Positions 1-10,745 of a stretch of 59,954 nt of DNA are shown here, piece after piece (position 1 is the first letter of the stretch; each line of letters opens with the position of its first letter). The notes below the pieces were generated by a model. It was not told the origin of the DNA, ran no database searches, and was given only the letters and a program-made list of their open reading frames with translations. The stretch is taken from NCBI GenBank assembly GCA_032718475.1, contig JAUCBJ010006447.1, forward strand, positions 1 to 59,954, in the 5' to 3' direction. Source of the stretch: Nemertoderma westbladi (taxonomy: Eukaryota > Animalia > Xenacoelomorpha). Position numbers and translations under genes: made by a program.

Positions 1-3
1 GCG

Positions 4-306
4 ATGGAATTGCTACTGAAAAATGCCCGACAGCAGAACGAAAGTTTGGTTAAGCAATTTAATGAGCTGCGTGCAGGCACTATAGGTATGAGCCAGAAGC
101 TGGCCGAGATGTCGCACCGTATTGAAGAGCTTGTCGACAAGCAGTGCGAGATCGAAATGAATGATCCTGACGGCCGGCTGTACAGCAGGGCCAGTAAAAT
201 GGTCGAGTTGGGTGCAGACATAAATGAACTGATGCAAGAGTGTGATCTGCCCAAAGCGGAAGCCGAATTGTTACTCAGTATCAGGAAGCAACGCGCAAAC
301 CGCTAA
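4..306 (+). CDS. Bacterial DUF2802 domain protein (probably 5'-partial)
   Basis: C-terminal motif DPDGRLYSRASKMVELGADINELMQECDLPKAEAELL is typical of DUF2802 proteins next to gammaproteobacterial flagellar/chemotaxis clusters; compact bacterial gene layout. Confidence 0.85.
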   Translation: MELLLKNARQQNESLVKQFNELRAGTIGMSQKLAEMSHRIEELVDKQCEIEMNDPDGRLYSRASKMVELGADINELMQECDLPKAEAELLLSIRKQRANR

Positions 307-335
307 CAAGTGCTTACCGGGTTGGTTGGATATTG

Positions 336-623
336 TCAGATTGTTTCATTGAGCCCCTCCCATCCCGGAGGGGTTTTTCCATCCAGATACCAGGCAAATG
401 CAATCAGCTCGGCAATGACCAAAAATAATGGCTCCGGAATATCTTCCCCGACCGCCAATTTATCCAACCATTGCACCAAAACTTCGTCCTGATGGACAAG
501 TCCTCCCTGCTTTTTCATATCTTCAACAAGCTTCTCTGCCAGCTGTTGGTAGCCTTTTGAGGTGATCTTCGGTGTCGTGTAACCGTCATACCCCAAGGCG
601 ATGGCTTTTTTGTTTTTTTTCAT
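336..623 (-). CDS. Stand-alone FlhB cytoplasmic-domain-like protein (EscU/YscU/HrcU family)
   Basis: AIALGYD..PKITSKG...AE...LV.WL.KL.VGEDIPEPLFLVIAELIAF pattern; start overlaps the stop of the upstream gene (ATGA). Confidence 0.85.
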   Translation of the reverse strand: MKKNKKAIALGYDGYTTPKITSKGYQQLAEKLVEDMKKQGGLVHQDEVLVQWLDKLAVGEDIPEPLFLVIAELIAFAWYLDGKTPPGWEGLNETI

Positions 624-1055
624 ATTTGAATGTGGAATCCCGATTCAATGCATTCGGTGGCCTGATCTTTTGAAAGAAGTTCGAAATGACAATCTGTCAC
701 GGGTAAATTGAGTTTTCGTAGCCTTGCCTCCAATACCGGTGTCATCACCTTAACCTTATCGAGCAATGCCGGGGTCGCGCAGTAAAACCCCAAAGACATC
801 TGACCGTTCTCCCAGACAACGTTTGCTTGCAGTACCTCCTGGCCGGAGAGCGGGAGATTGACGGTAATCGTCCATTTCCGGGAGCTATCTTCTTGCGCAC
901 CGGATTGGTCTTTTTTCAAAGCAACCCTGACGGGCATTTTTCCGGGATCAGAAAATGGTAGTAACCAATGCTGATCAAGCGGTTTTTTGTGTTTCGGCAA
1001 AACGCTGCTCCGCCATTAATCTTAATAACTGGCTCAGATGATTGCTTTCCAGCTG
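620..1055 (-). CDS. C-terminal part of a FliK-like (hook-length control domain) protein, cut at the junction
   Basis: W.ITVNLPL...LQANV.W....MSLGFY...L..RL..L pattern and linkage to the FlhB-like gene. The frame continues upstream as QLESNHLSQLLRLMAEQRFAETQK if one A is removed from the run at 983-988. Confidence 0.6.
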
Positions 1056-1550
1056 TTCCGATTGTGGAAAATCATTTGCTACAAAAAGTGATCTAAAAAA
1101 ACATATCGACTCCATTCACAAATGTATCAAGTACAGCTGCTTTGATTGTGGAAAATTATTTGCTACAAAAAGTGTTCTAAAAAAACATATCGACTCCATT
1201 CACAAATGTATCGAGTACAGCTGCTTTGATTGTGATAAATCGTTTGTTAGAAAAAGCGAACTAAAACAACATTTCGATTTTATCCATAAACATATCAAAC
1301 ATAAGTGCGGTTATTGTAGCAAAGAATTCAGTCGGAATAGCAATCTAAACACCCATGTCAACTACTTTCATAAAGATATCAAGTAGATCTGCGACTCCAT
1401 CCACAAAGGTTTCAAATATAATTGCGGTTATTGTCATAAAGAATTCAATCGGCAAAGTCATCTATACGTAGACACTATAGCAGCAATAGCTATCATAAAG
1501 GTATCAAATATAACTGCGGAGAATTTAGTTATCGAAATGACCTAAACACG
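1050..1550 (+). pseudogene. Eukaryotic C2H2 zinc-finger array fragment (5'-truncated, degenerate 3' fingers)
   Basis: Four CxxC-x12-H-x4-H fingers of 28 aa, stop at 1384-1386, then decayed fingers; linker SIHK(C/G)IKY shared with the array at 52.7-55.2 kb. Confidence 0.8.
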
Positions 1551-4127
1551 AAAAAATCTGTTCATATATAAATATTGTTTATGAATCTAAGAATTTCGTA
1601 TTCTTATTATATATATATACAAAATGTTAATATTTTGTTCGTAATCAAAGGATATTGATCTCTAGATTGGGGATAACAAATACATTGGGGTTGTTTTAAA
1701 CACATCGAAACAGCGCCTTTTTCGAATCGAAACACTCCCTTTATTTTTTATTTATATTTTTTAACCCACTAACATACATTTCCACAATTAGTGCGGCAGA
1801 TTAATCTGGTTTTGAGGCAGAATTGTTCAAATTGTGATAGAAGCATGAAATTTGGTACGAACGTTCCTTTTGGGTCAATGTGCAAGAAAAAAGCGCTAGT
1901 CGCTTGGAATTCAGACATGGCGGCAACAAGTACACGTTTCCTTGGCGACCAGTACTTAATAAGAGACGTATAACCCTTAACTGTGGTGGAGGTTTGAAGA
2001 AAATAATTTATATATATATGTGCACTTCATTTGGATAAATATATGTCGAATATATAATTTTCATATAAAATTCGTTTGTTTCCATAGCAACCGATAAATA
2101 AAAATTTGTAATTTTTAAGCCATCGTGATATATTGATTAAATATAACTAGATTTTCTATTGTGGGTTCTTGTTTATAATTACAGTTCTAAACAATCCAGA
2201 TGGGTTTTATGTTTACTTAAATGTGTATTATAATGTACCTGTATCCATAGCTACCAGTAGTTATGGGTGGCGTGAGAGGTCTAAAGGACAGGTCCTTGGT
2301 TGGATTAGAGCATGATTGTCAGTAGCTGTGGTGCGGGGGACGGGTCTTTGTGTCTGGGAGGGAGGCGGCCATGGCGGTCTCTATAGGACTGTAACATGGG
2401 GCGGGAATGTGGAGCCAGGGGTATTAATCCTAAGAAACCGGTGTAGAAATTGTTTCTTTCAGTTGGGTTTTATTGCCGTGATTTATATTTGTTAAATTTA
2501 TATTTTGTTAGAAATTAGTCGTTCCTTGTATGGCTAACTATTTAAATTAGATTTATCAAATATAGTTATTGTGTTTTACTTTGTGTATCAATGTTTGTTG
2601 TATCGGTTTCTACTAGGCCCTACTTGTTTGTAATAAAATATTTATCACTACTAAAATTGGAAAAAAACGTATCCATAGCAACCACATCCAATACATTATT
2701 GTTTACATTGAAATAACGTTATTCTCTCTATTTTATATCATAACAATATAAAAAAAACAAATATTCTTGAGCTTTGTGTCACAATTTTCAGCCTATTCAT
2801 ACGTCGTATGAGGCTCATACAACCTTATCCACAGTTCTAGGAGTCTACTTCGATATGCACGATTATATTACAGCTCTCACATCATCTAAATTGTTTTGGT
2901 ATGAAAACTCGCTGGCAACATTAGTGGCGGCCTCAACCATAATAATTAAAACTGTCATGTAACCCTAAGTCATAATCTAAAAAAATTTATTAACGTTAAA
3001 TTACATTAACAGACAGACAGACACACGTTGCGCTGGAATCTTTATATATCTGTATTATAGCTGTATATACTGTAATTCAAAATTCGCTTAATTGTTTTCG
3101 TTCACGGTCATATTGACATTTTATCAATTATTTCGGTATTGTGTTGGGGTGTATGTGTAGATTTTGCTCAAATTACGTCGTGCAAACCTTTTCTACTTCG
3201 TTGAACTTTCGACCCGCACTCTAAACATATTTAATAAAATTCGTATAAATTCAACAAAAATATTTTCACGTTGTCTTATTTTCATTATTTGTTTACTTTT
3301 TGCCGGGAAAAGAGTAAAAGAAATGCAATCCTGGGTTACTTTTCCCTTTGGAAAAATGATGTTCTCTTTTTCCCCCGCTTTTAATGCATTCGAGCAAAAA
3401 TAACAATTTAATTTATTTTGTAACAGGACGCAATAGCTATCCTCCGTAAAAGCCATTTTTACAAGAAAAAGTTTGTCAATTTTTTTTCAATTTTTCAATT
3501 ATATTTTTTTCACTAGGTAATAAAAATTACTAGCTAACACAAAATGAAACTTACTAGTTTCCATAAGAAGTTTAAATAATTGATCTAAAACAAAAAACCT
3601 CATGATGAAAGCCATTTTCATATGAAAATAATTGGTCAAAAAATGGGTACCCATAACCATAGTAATGCCAACATAGGCCTACTTTGTATTTTTGAAAAAA
3701 AAACATTGTGTTCTAGAACATTAGCTAATCGACTAGCTAGAAATTTTTCAAAACATTATTTATTATATATTAACATTTTTTTTTGAAATTTCTAAAAATA
3801 CTGAAATTTTTTGTGTTCTAGAACACTAGTAGATATGTTTTTTATTGTAGCTAGTGTTTATTTACTAGCTAGTATTTTTTGTAATGATAAAAAAATGTGA
3901 TAACATTGATATTTCAGATTTAAACTGTTGCAGAATATAGTAATGATCAAAAATATTGATGATATTATAGCAGTTTACATTTTTTGCATGGTAACAATGA
4001 TTTATATTATAAAGATGTAGTTTTTTTTATTACTAGCCATTTTAAATTTGAAAAATGACTAGCTATATGTTCTAGAACATTATATTTTTTATTTTATTTA
4101 TGTTCTAGAATAGTGTATATTAATTAT

Positions 4128-6910
4128 ATCATGACCTACTATAAATACGACCCGCCAAGCTGCTGCAAAGCCCCTAAATTTAGTGGGCCAGTTATTTCTC
4201 TTAGATAGAACCCCTAAAACTATATGTTAGGCGCGTCGAAAGTACTTGTCCCTAACTAAAATTATCTCCTCTTTCAGATGAGACAAATAAAAATTGAATA
4301 GCTCCAGTAGTTTTCGAGGAGTTCCTGGCACCTATACCATATCAACACCTTTCGAAGTTGATAAAATTACACAAAATACATCACCATTCAAAGACTTAGG
4401 TATAACCATTAAACCATAATGTTTTTTTGTTTTGTTGAATTCATTATTAGTAATCGAAAGCAAGATTAGAAGCAACATTTTCATTTTTTTATCAATAGAT
4501 AGTAAAAGAGCACCAAAAGTGCAAGTATCACTTTTTTCAAAAGTGGTAAATTGGCCGCAAAGTTTGGCTACTGAGATTTTAGATTTCTGATTTTATTGGG
4601 AAGGTTTATTCCTCTACATCAAACCTATCGAAGGGTTGTGTAATATAACAACATAGGCATGTTGTTATATTAGTTATTAGTCAGTTATTTGTGCCCCTGG
4701 AGCACGAAAAAAACACGTAGTGAAAATATGATAATGAAAAATCACCACGAAAACAAATTGATTTTAAGACCATGTGGTTTTTTTGGGATGCTAGTCACGA
4801 ATATGACACTGAAAAATATCCTACCTTGTTGATTACGGCTTTTTTTTGGATACGTGTCAATGTGCGGCACGAAAAATAAAAGTGTAGCACAGATTTGATA
4901 ATCAAAAATAATTACCGAATCAACCTGATTTTATGCCATTATGGGTTTTCTGGGACGCTGATCACGAATATGACATTCATAAATATCGTTTTCTCCAACC
5001 AAATTTGATTTTGCCGTTTGAAATTTTATGCTACTTGTATTTTTAGTCCCACCAGTGCACCAGACAAACACACAAACGATAGATGCCTTACCACGAATTA
5101 TTTTTAACGAGTTGTAACGTAATCAGCGGCTTTGAAAACCATATAGCTTCAGAATTACAAAACCAAAGGCAAAATTTAACAGTTTGAAATTTTTGCTACT
5201 TGTATACTTTTCGTTCTGGGGCACCAGAATGGCACCAAAATTGGGTTTGCACATACCAGAAATATTTATAACTAGTTTCATCGTGATCAGCGACCTCGAA
5301 AACCCATAGGCCTATACGTTCAGAATTATCAAACCAAACACAAAATGTTTAGTTTGACAATTAATAGTTTGACAATAGTAGAGTAGAGTAAAATAAAGTA
5401 TCAGACACTATATATTCCAGGATAATCAGTTCCTCATTATATTGAAGTCGTAATATTACAGCAGTACAGTACCGGTAATTTATCTCAGCATATCTATTAT
5501 GTATTAATAAACTTTGTCTATTAAATCTAAGACAGTAAGAAGCGAACACTGTTAAGGTGGCCACGCATATTGTCTTACTTGAGATCCTCCGAAAGGGCCG
5601 ATATGTCTTCGGGGGATTCAGATAGGAGTCCCGCTGGTTTAGGCAGGAGAATAACACTAGCGTTATGGTTCTTAAAGAATAACGGGCCCCCCCAACCCCA
5701 AGTCCAGCAGTAGCTTAATCTCTGCATCAGATAAAGAACTATTTTTACTGTCCTTCATGAATTTCGATGGACGATGGAAGGTATATTCTTTTTACTGGCG
5801 GCCTCCGAGGAATTTGAGGCAGTTAGCACACTGAAGTCGGAACAGATTCCGGGTTTACTGAATATATCCAGATATCGCCCGTCCAAATGTCAGAATGTTC
5901 TGATGTTAGTGGAAGCTGGAAGCGGAAGGCCCTGGCAGCCTGGTGTCATCTGTTCTGTAGAAAAGCCTTGACTAGTCGAACTAAGTGTCACTGTAGACCG
6001 AGCGCGCGAGCGGCATCTATCAGTCTATACACACACACAGCTGCACAGCACTATCCACTATCCAACTAAAACTGTTCTGTTACGGCCTGCATACAGATTC
6101 AGATACAGTACTATGTCCAGACCAAAGATTAGGCCCCCGCGGCGCCGTGGCTGCCAGCCCGGGCGCCGGGTAGAGGTGATAATAACTATTCAAATAAATA
6201 CAGGTACGGACGTAATCAGGTAATGTAATAATGATAAGGCATTGATGCGTAACAGCATAATCCAGTCATCAGTAATGGAATGCCTAACGCATTAGTGCAG
6301 TGCAATGCACATACCACAGTACTGCAGTACTGACTGACTGAAATAGAAGTGCAATGGCTGGCACTTAAACTTTTCGACTGACACATTGGCCATTTTTGAA
6401 AAATACCAAAATTTTATAAACCTTGTCAATTAAATCAGCACATTAAGTAGCCAAACTATAAGGCCAAATTACCACTTTTGGCTATTTGAAAATTTCGAGC
6501 TACCTGTAATTTTGGTGCTCTTTTAGTGTCTATTATAAAATAAACAATGAAGATTTTATTCTAATTTCGCTTTCGATTACTAATAATTAATTCGACAAAC
6601 CAAAGAAGCAAAATAGGGTTTAATGGTTATACCAAAGTCTTGAAGGGTGATGTATTTTGTGTAATTTTATCAATTCCGAAAAGTGCTGATATGGTATGGG
6701 TGCCAGGAACTCCTCATATCTCGAAAACTACTGGAGATATTCAATTTTTAGTGGTCTCATCTGAAAGAAAACATAATTTTAGTTAAGGACAAGTGCTTAC
6801 GACGCGCTAGACGTATTGTTTCTGGGGTTCTATCTAAGAGAACTAACTGGCCCACTAAATTTTGGGGCTTTGCAGCAGCTTGGCGGGTCGTATCTATAGT
6901 AGGTCATGAT
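4128..6910. mobile_element. Non-autonomous TIR DNA element with about 400-bp imperfect inverted repeats
   Basis: 4128-4525 (atcatgacctactata...gagcaccaaaa) is the reverse complement of about 6500-6910; no intact transposase; TSD not resolved. Confidence 0.75.
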
Positions 6911-8577
6911 TTTATTTTGTTCTAGAACTATACAATGTTGCCATGGTAACAATTATTTTATAAAAATGCGACTGCATACGGAACTGTTACCTTTTTTTAA
7001 ATACTGCTATTTTGAAATTTAAAAATTAATAACTACAGGTTCTAGAATATTATAATTTATTTTATTTACGTTCTAGAATAGTGAGAGAACATTTATATGG
7101 TGTTCTAGAGCGCCCCATGGTTGCCATAGTAACAATGATTTATGTTTAAAAAGTGCAGTGGCATACTGTACGGAACCGTTACCAAATATAACTTTATTTT
7201 ACTTGCGGTTGTTGCTGTTGGTTCCAATCAAATAGGGTTAATTTGGTATGTAGCACCAGTTTCGTTGTAGTGTTGGTTGGTATCAGCTCGCCCAAACAAA
7301 GTTTAAGATACTGTATAGGTAACAACTTGTTTATTAGGACAGCCAGGGAGCCAGCAATGGCAGATGGGATGTTGCAGCTGTACTCAGTATTATTATTAGT
7401 TGCAAGAAATGTCAATCCCAACTCCAAATTTTATTGAATCCAAATAACATAACCCAAGTTCCTTATTCACAAAATCAATATTTCCAGATACTAAATTGGA
7501 TAAAAACGATTGCATATACTGTAATAACTGATCCCAAATACCATAAAAAATATTTTTGATTTGCGTCCAATTACCATGGTTAAATAGGCCAAGTTCATGT
7601 TGTTTGTAATGTACCGGTTGTGGATAATGTGCTGTAGTTGTGATTTCTTCCAGGATTTCAACATTTCCCACATTTATACGTAAACCATCTGAATTTATGA
7701 CTCCAGTATGTACCGCCCACTTTCCATTCTCTAATTTCTTCACCCTCAGACGCACACAATATCCATCGATTCAATCAATTGCATAATGTTTGTTCTAGAA
7801 CCAAAATAAATAACCATTGTTACGGCCTCAATTGTGTACTGATCAAACTACTGTATAATCATACTAGTTGTAAATGAGACCAAACACAATATCGGTATAC
7901 ATAACCATAGCTACGACAGATGTTTATTAAGGCACAAAATCTTGCAAAATTACAACCGGAAAAAGCCATTGGACAGTAACCCGCCAAATTGCGCGGCTCG
8001 CCACATATAGGAATACTACTAGGGTATAATACTACACATCAGATACAGAGGCTGGAATACAGGTACGGACTGTTGAGACATTATTGTCATTGTCATTAAT
8101 GATCAGAGTGATGAGGCGAGTTGTGAGTAAAGAAACACCAAACAAATAAACGAGAATACGTAACACAATAAGTGACATGATTAAAAAAGTAACAACCGAG
8201 GATGACATATTGGCTACAGAGTGAGTGATGGTATGATGTGAGTACAAAGACATTGAGAAGGTGTGAATGCATATTGGAGGCCTAAAAATCGGGACTTAAT
8301 GTCCGAAAATTCACAAAATTTCTTAGATTAGAGCCTCATGACTTAGAGTTAGTTTACATCACAATTCTAATTAGGGTTTCCGGCCGCCATTTCACTTTGA
8401 ACGGAGTTTTGGACCGCCGCTCTCGAAATCTACTGTATGGTGAAAATTCAAATTCACAGATAATTTCCATTTGCACTACGTAGCAACAATATTAAAAAAT
8501 TATTGATGACAACAACCAACAGTAAATCTTTGTTTTTAATTGCAATACATTATATTATATTCCTATCCAGTTGCTAA

Positions 8578-8852
8578 TTATTCGTCACTGACATTTTTCA
8601 TTAATATTTCCCGAGCAAAACTCTCTTCGTAGACACCACAAAGATTATCGAACACACTGTAATAATCATCGATATTATACTGTTCTCCATTACGTGGCTC
8701 GCCCCAAGCATTTGGAGCGCCAAGAATTATTGTCACACTACCGGCTATAATTGCCACGATAAACACCCATAGAAAGAAACGGTCGATCACCATGGCAACA
8801 AACCGCCAATCATCGACGACCTCATCGCAAACAACTTCCTTTTTAATATGTT
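8578..8852 (-). CDS. nAChR subunit last coding exon (end of MA helix, TM4)
   Basis: ttttctag acceptor then HIKKEVVCDEVVDDWRFVAMVIDRFFLWVF, matching the Cys-loop receptor DW.FVAMVIDR motif; TAA at 8578. Confidence 0.9.
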
Positions 8853-9563
8853 CTAGAAAAATAATAAAATAAAATAAAATATAATGGCATAAACATACAG
8901 TATGTATATTATTATCAATATACAGTATACTGTATAAGTGCTATGCTACGCTGCACTTTAGAGGGCCGAATTATTTTGTTATGATAATGATATCAATAAA
9001 TTTATCCAAAATACCAAACGCAGGTGTCTAGCAGTCTGGTGATATTGATATAAAGTTATTACAGTTTGCTACATAAACAGTATGTCTAGAATTTATAGGT
9101 GAACTATTATACTATACTATAAGAGGTAGGCCACTTTGTGAACAGACAACGTGTAGGCCTACATGTGTTCGTGGGGCATACGCGCAATACGAAGTAAGAG
9201 CAAGCTTAGAATAATATGTAGATGTAGACCTACAGTAGGCCTATAGTGGCAGATTGGATAACTGATGAGGCCGAACGGATGATAAACGTTCAGGTATGCT
9301 AACCACTACACCACGGAGGCTCCTGCATCTTTCCGATAGATTTGCTATAGGTGGTAAGCTACCTTACGGTTGTTATTGAATACAGTCCTCCTTACGGATG
9401 GATTTAATCTGTATTCTAATACAGTAGCAGTTATGACCTGTACTGCAAACGAATGTTATTGTATATGTGTTTAACATCCATAGATTGTATAAATTATTAA
9501 GTAATTTAAACAGGACTTACGATGATCCAACTCTATAGCAAATGGAGCGGAAAAAATGAATTT

Positions 9564-9634
9564 GCCACCAGCGGGGATCGAACCCGCGTCTCCCGATAAA
9601 CGTTCAGGTATGCTAACCACTACACCACGGAGGC
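9564..9634 (-). ncRNA. tRNA-like Pol III unit (pseudo-tRNA or SINE head)
   Basis: GCCTCCGTGGTGTAGTGGTTAGCATACCTGAACGTTTATCGGGAGACGCGGGTTCGATCCCCGCTGGTGGC folds as a cloverleaf with A and B boxes, T6 downstream; atypical anticodon loop ACGTTTA. Confidence 0.65.
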
Positions 9635-9876
9635 TCCTGCATCTTTCCGATAGATTTGCTATAGGTGGTAAGCTACCTTACGGTTGTTATTGAATACAGT
9701 CCTCCTTACGGATGGATTTAATCTGTATTATAATACAGTAGCAGTTATGACCTGTACTGCAAACGAATGTTATTGTATATGTGTTTAACATCCATAGATT
9801 GTATAAATTATTAAGTAATTAAACAGGACTAAGGATGATCCAACTCTATAGCAAATGGAGCGGAAAAAATGAATTC

Positions 9877-9947
9877 GCCACTCGCGGGGATTGAACCCGC
9901 GTCTCCCGATAAACGTTCAGGTATGCTAACCACTACACCACGGAGGC
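9877..9947 (-). ncRNA. Second tRNA-like Pol III unit
   Basis: Near-identical to 9564-9634, with substitutions in the acceptor stem and T loop. Confidence 0.55.
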
Positions 9948-10745
9948 TCCTGCATCTTTCCGATTGATTTACTATAGGTGGTAATCTACCTTACGGTTGC
10001 TATTAAATATTAATATTAATAATATACTATAAATATTATAATTGTTAAATAAATATAAATCACTTTTATAATATATGGATATTTATATTAAATTTCAGTT
10101 TTCTGTATTAGTATAATGATATTCCATGTACACATATATTAATAATTATTGAAAATAATGATTATTAAAATACTAATTGATATTTATAATTGTTTATAAT
10201 AAGTAAATATCAATACAAAAAATATATTGTATCGTTATTTTTTATAATTTTTGGATTTTTCGCATTACTTTAACATGTAGACACCACTTTTTCTTTCCAT
10301 ATCCATGGGCTAATTTATTTTTGAAAACTAATATTTGTCAGTATTAAATAATTATTAAATATTATTAATGTTATTACAAAATTTACTCAACTTATTGTAA
10401 ATTAACCTAAGTAAATTTAATCAAATGTAAAATGTAGTAATGAGTAAAAATTAGCATTTATGATTAATATTAAAATATTAATTATTAAAAATATTAAAAT
10501 ATATTAATAAGTATAAAAAAAGAAAAAAAAGATTGTAAATGCAAGTATTTAATCATTTACAAATATATACGAAATTTTGCCCTATTATGAAGCTAGATCG
10601 GACCCCAGGATGTCGGTGTAATCATTATAATTCAGTGTTGTTACGAGAGATGGAATCAGCACGAATACGGACTTGGATTTTTTCCAAAAAACATTTGGGA
10701 AAAATACGCATGCGTGTCAGCTGACCATGCTATCACATTGTCTTG

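Larger units (their letters stand above)
9281..10005 (-). repeat. Tandem repeat, unit 313-314 bp, about 2.3 copies, each with a tRNA-like segment
   Basis: gataaacgttcaggtatgctaaccactacaccacggaggc ends at 9320, 9634 and 9947. Confidence 0.9.

Noticed and set aside
9564-9634. Functional tRNA-Asn(GTT)
   Set aside because: A32/C33/T37 loop and an acceptor-stem mismatch; reported as tRNA-like only.
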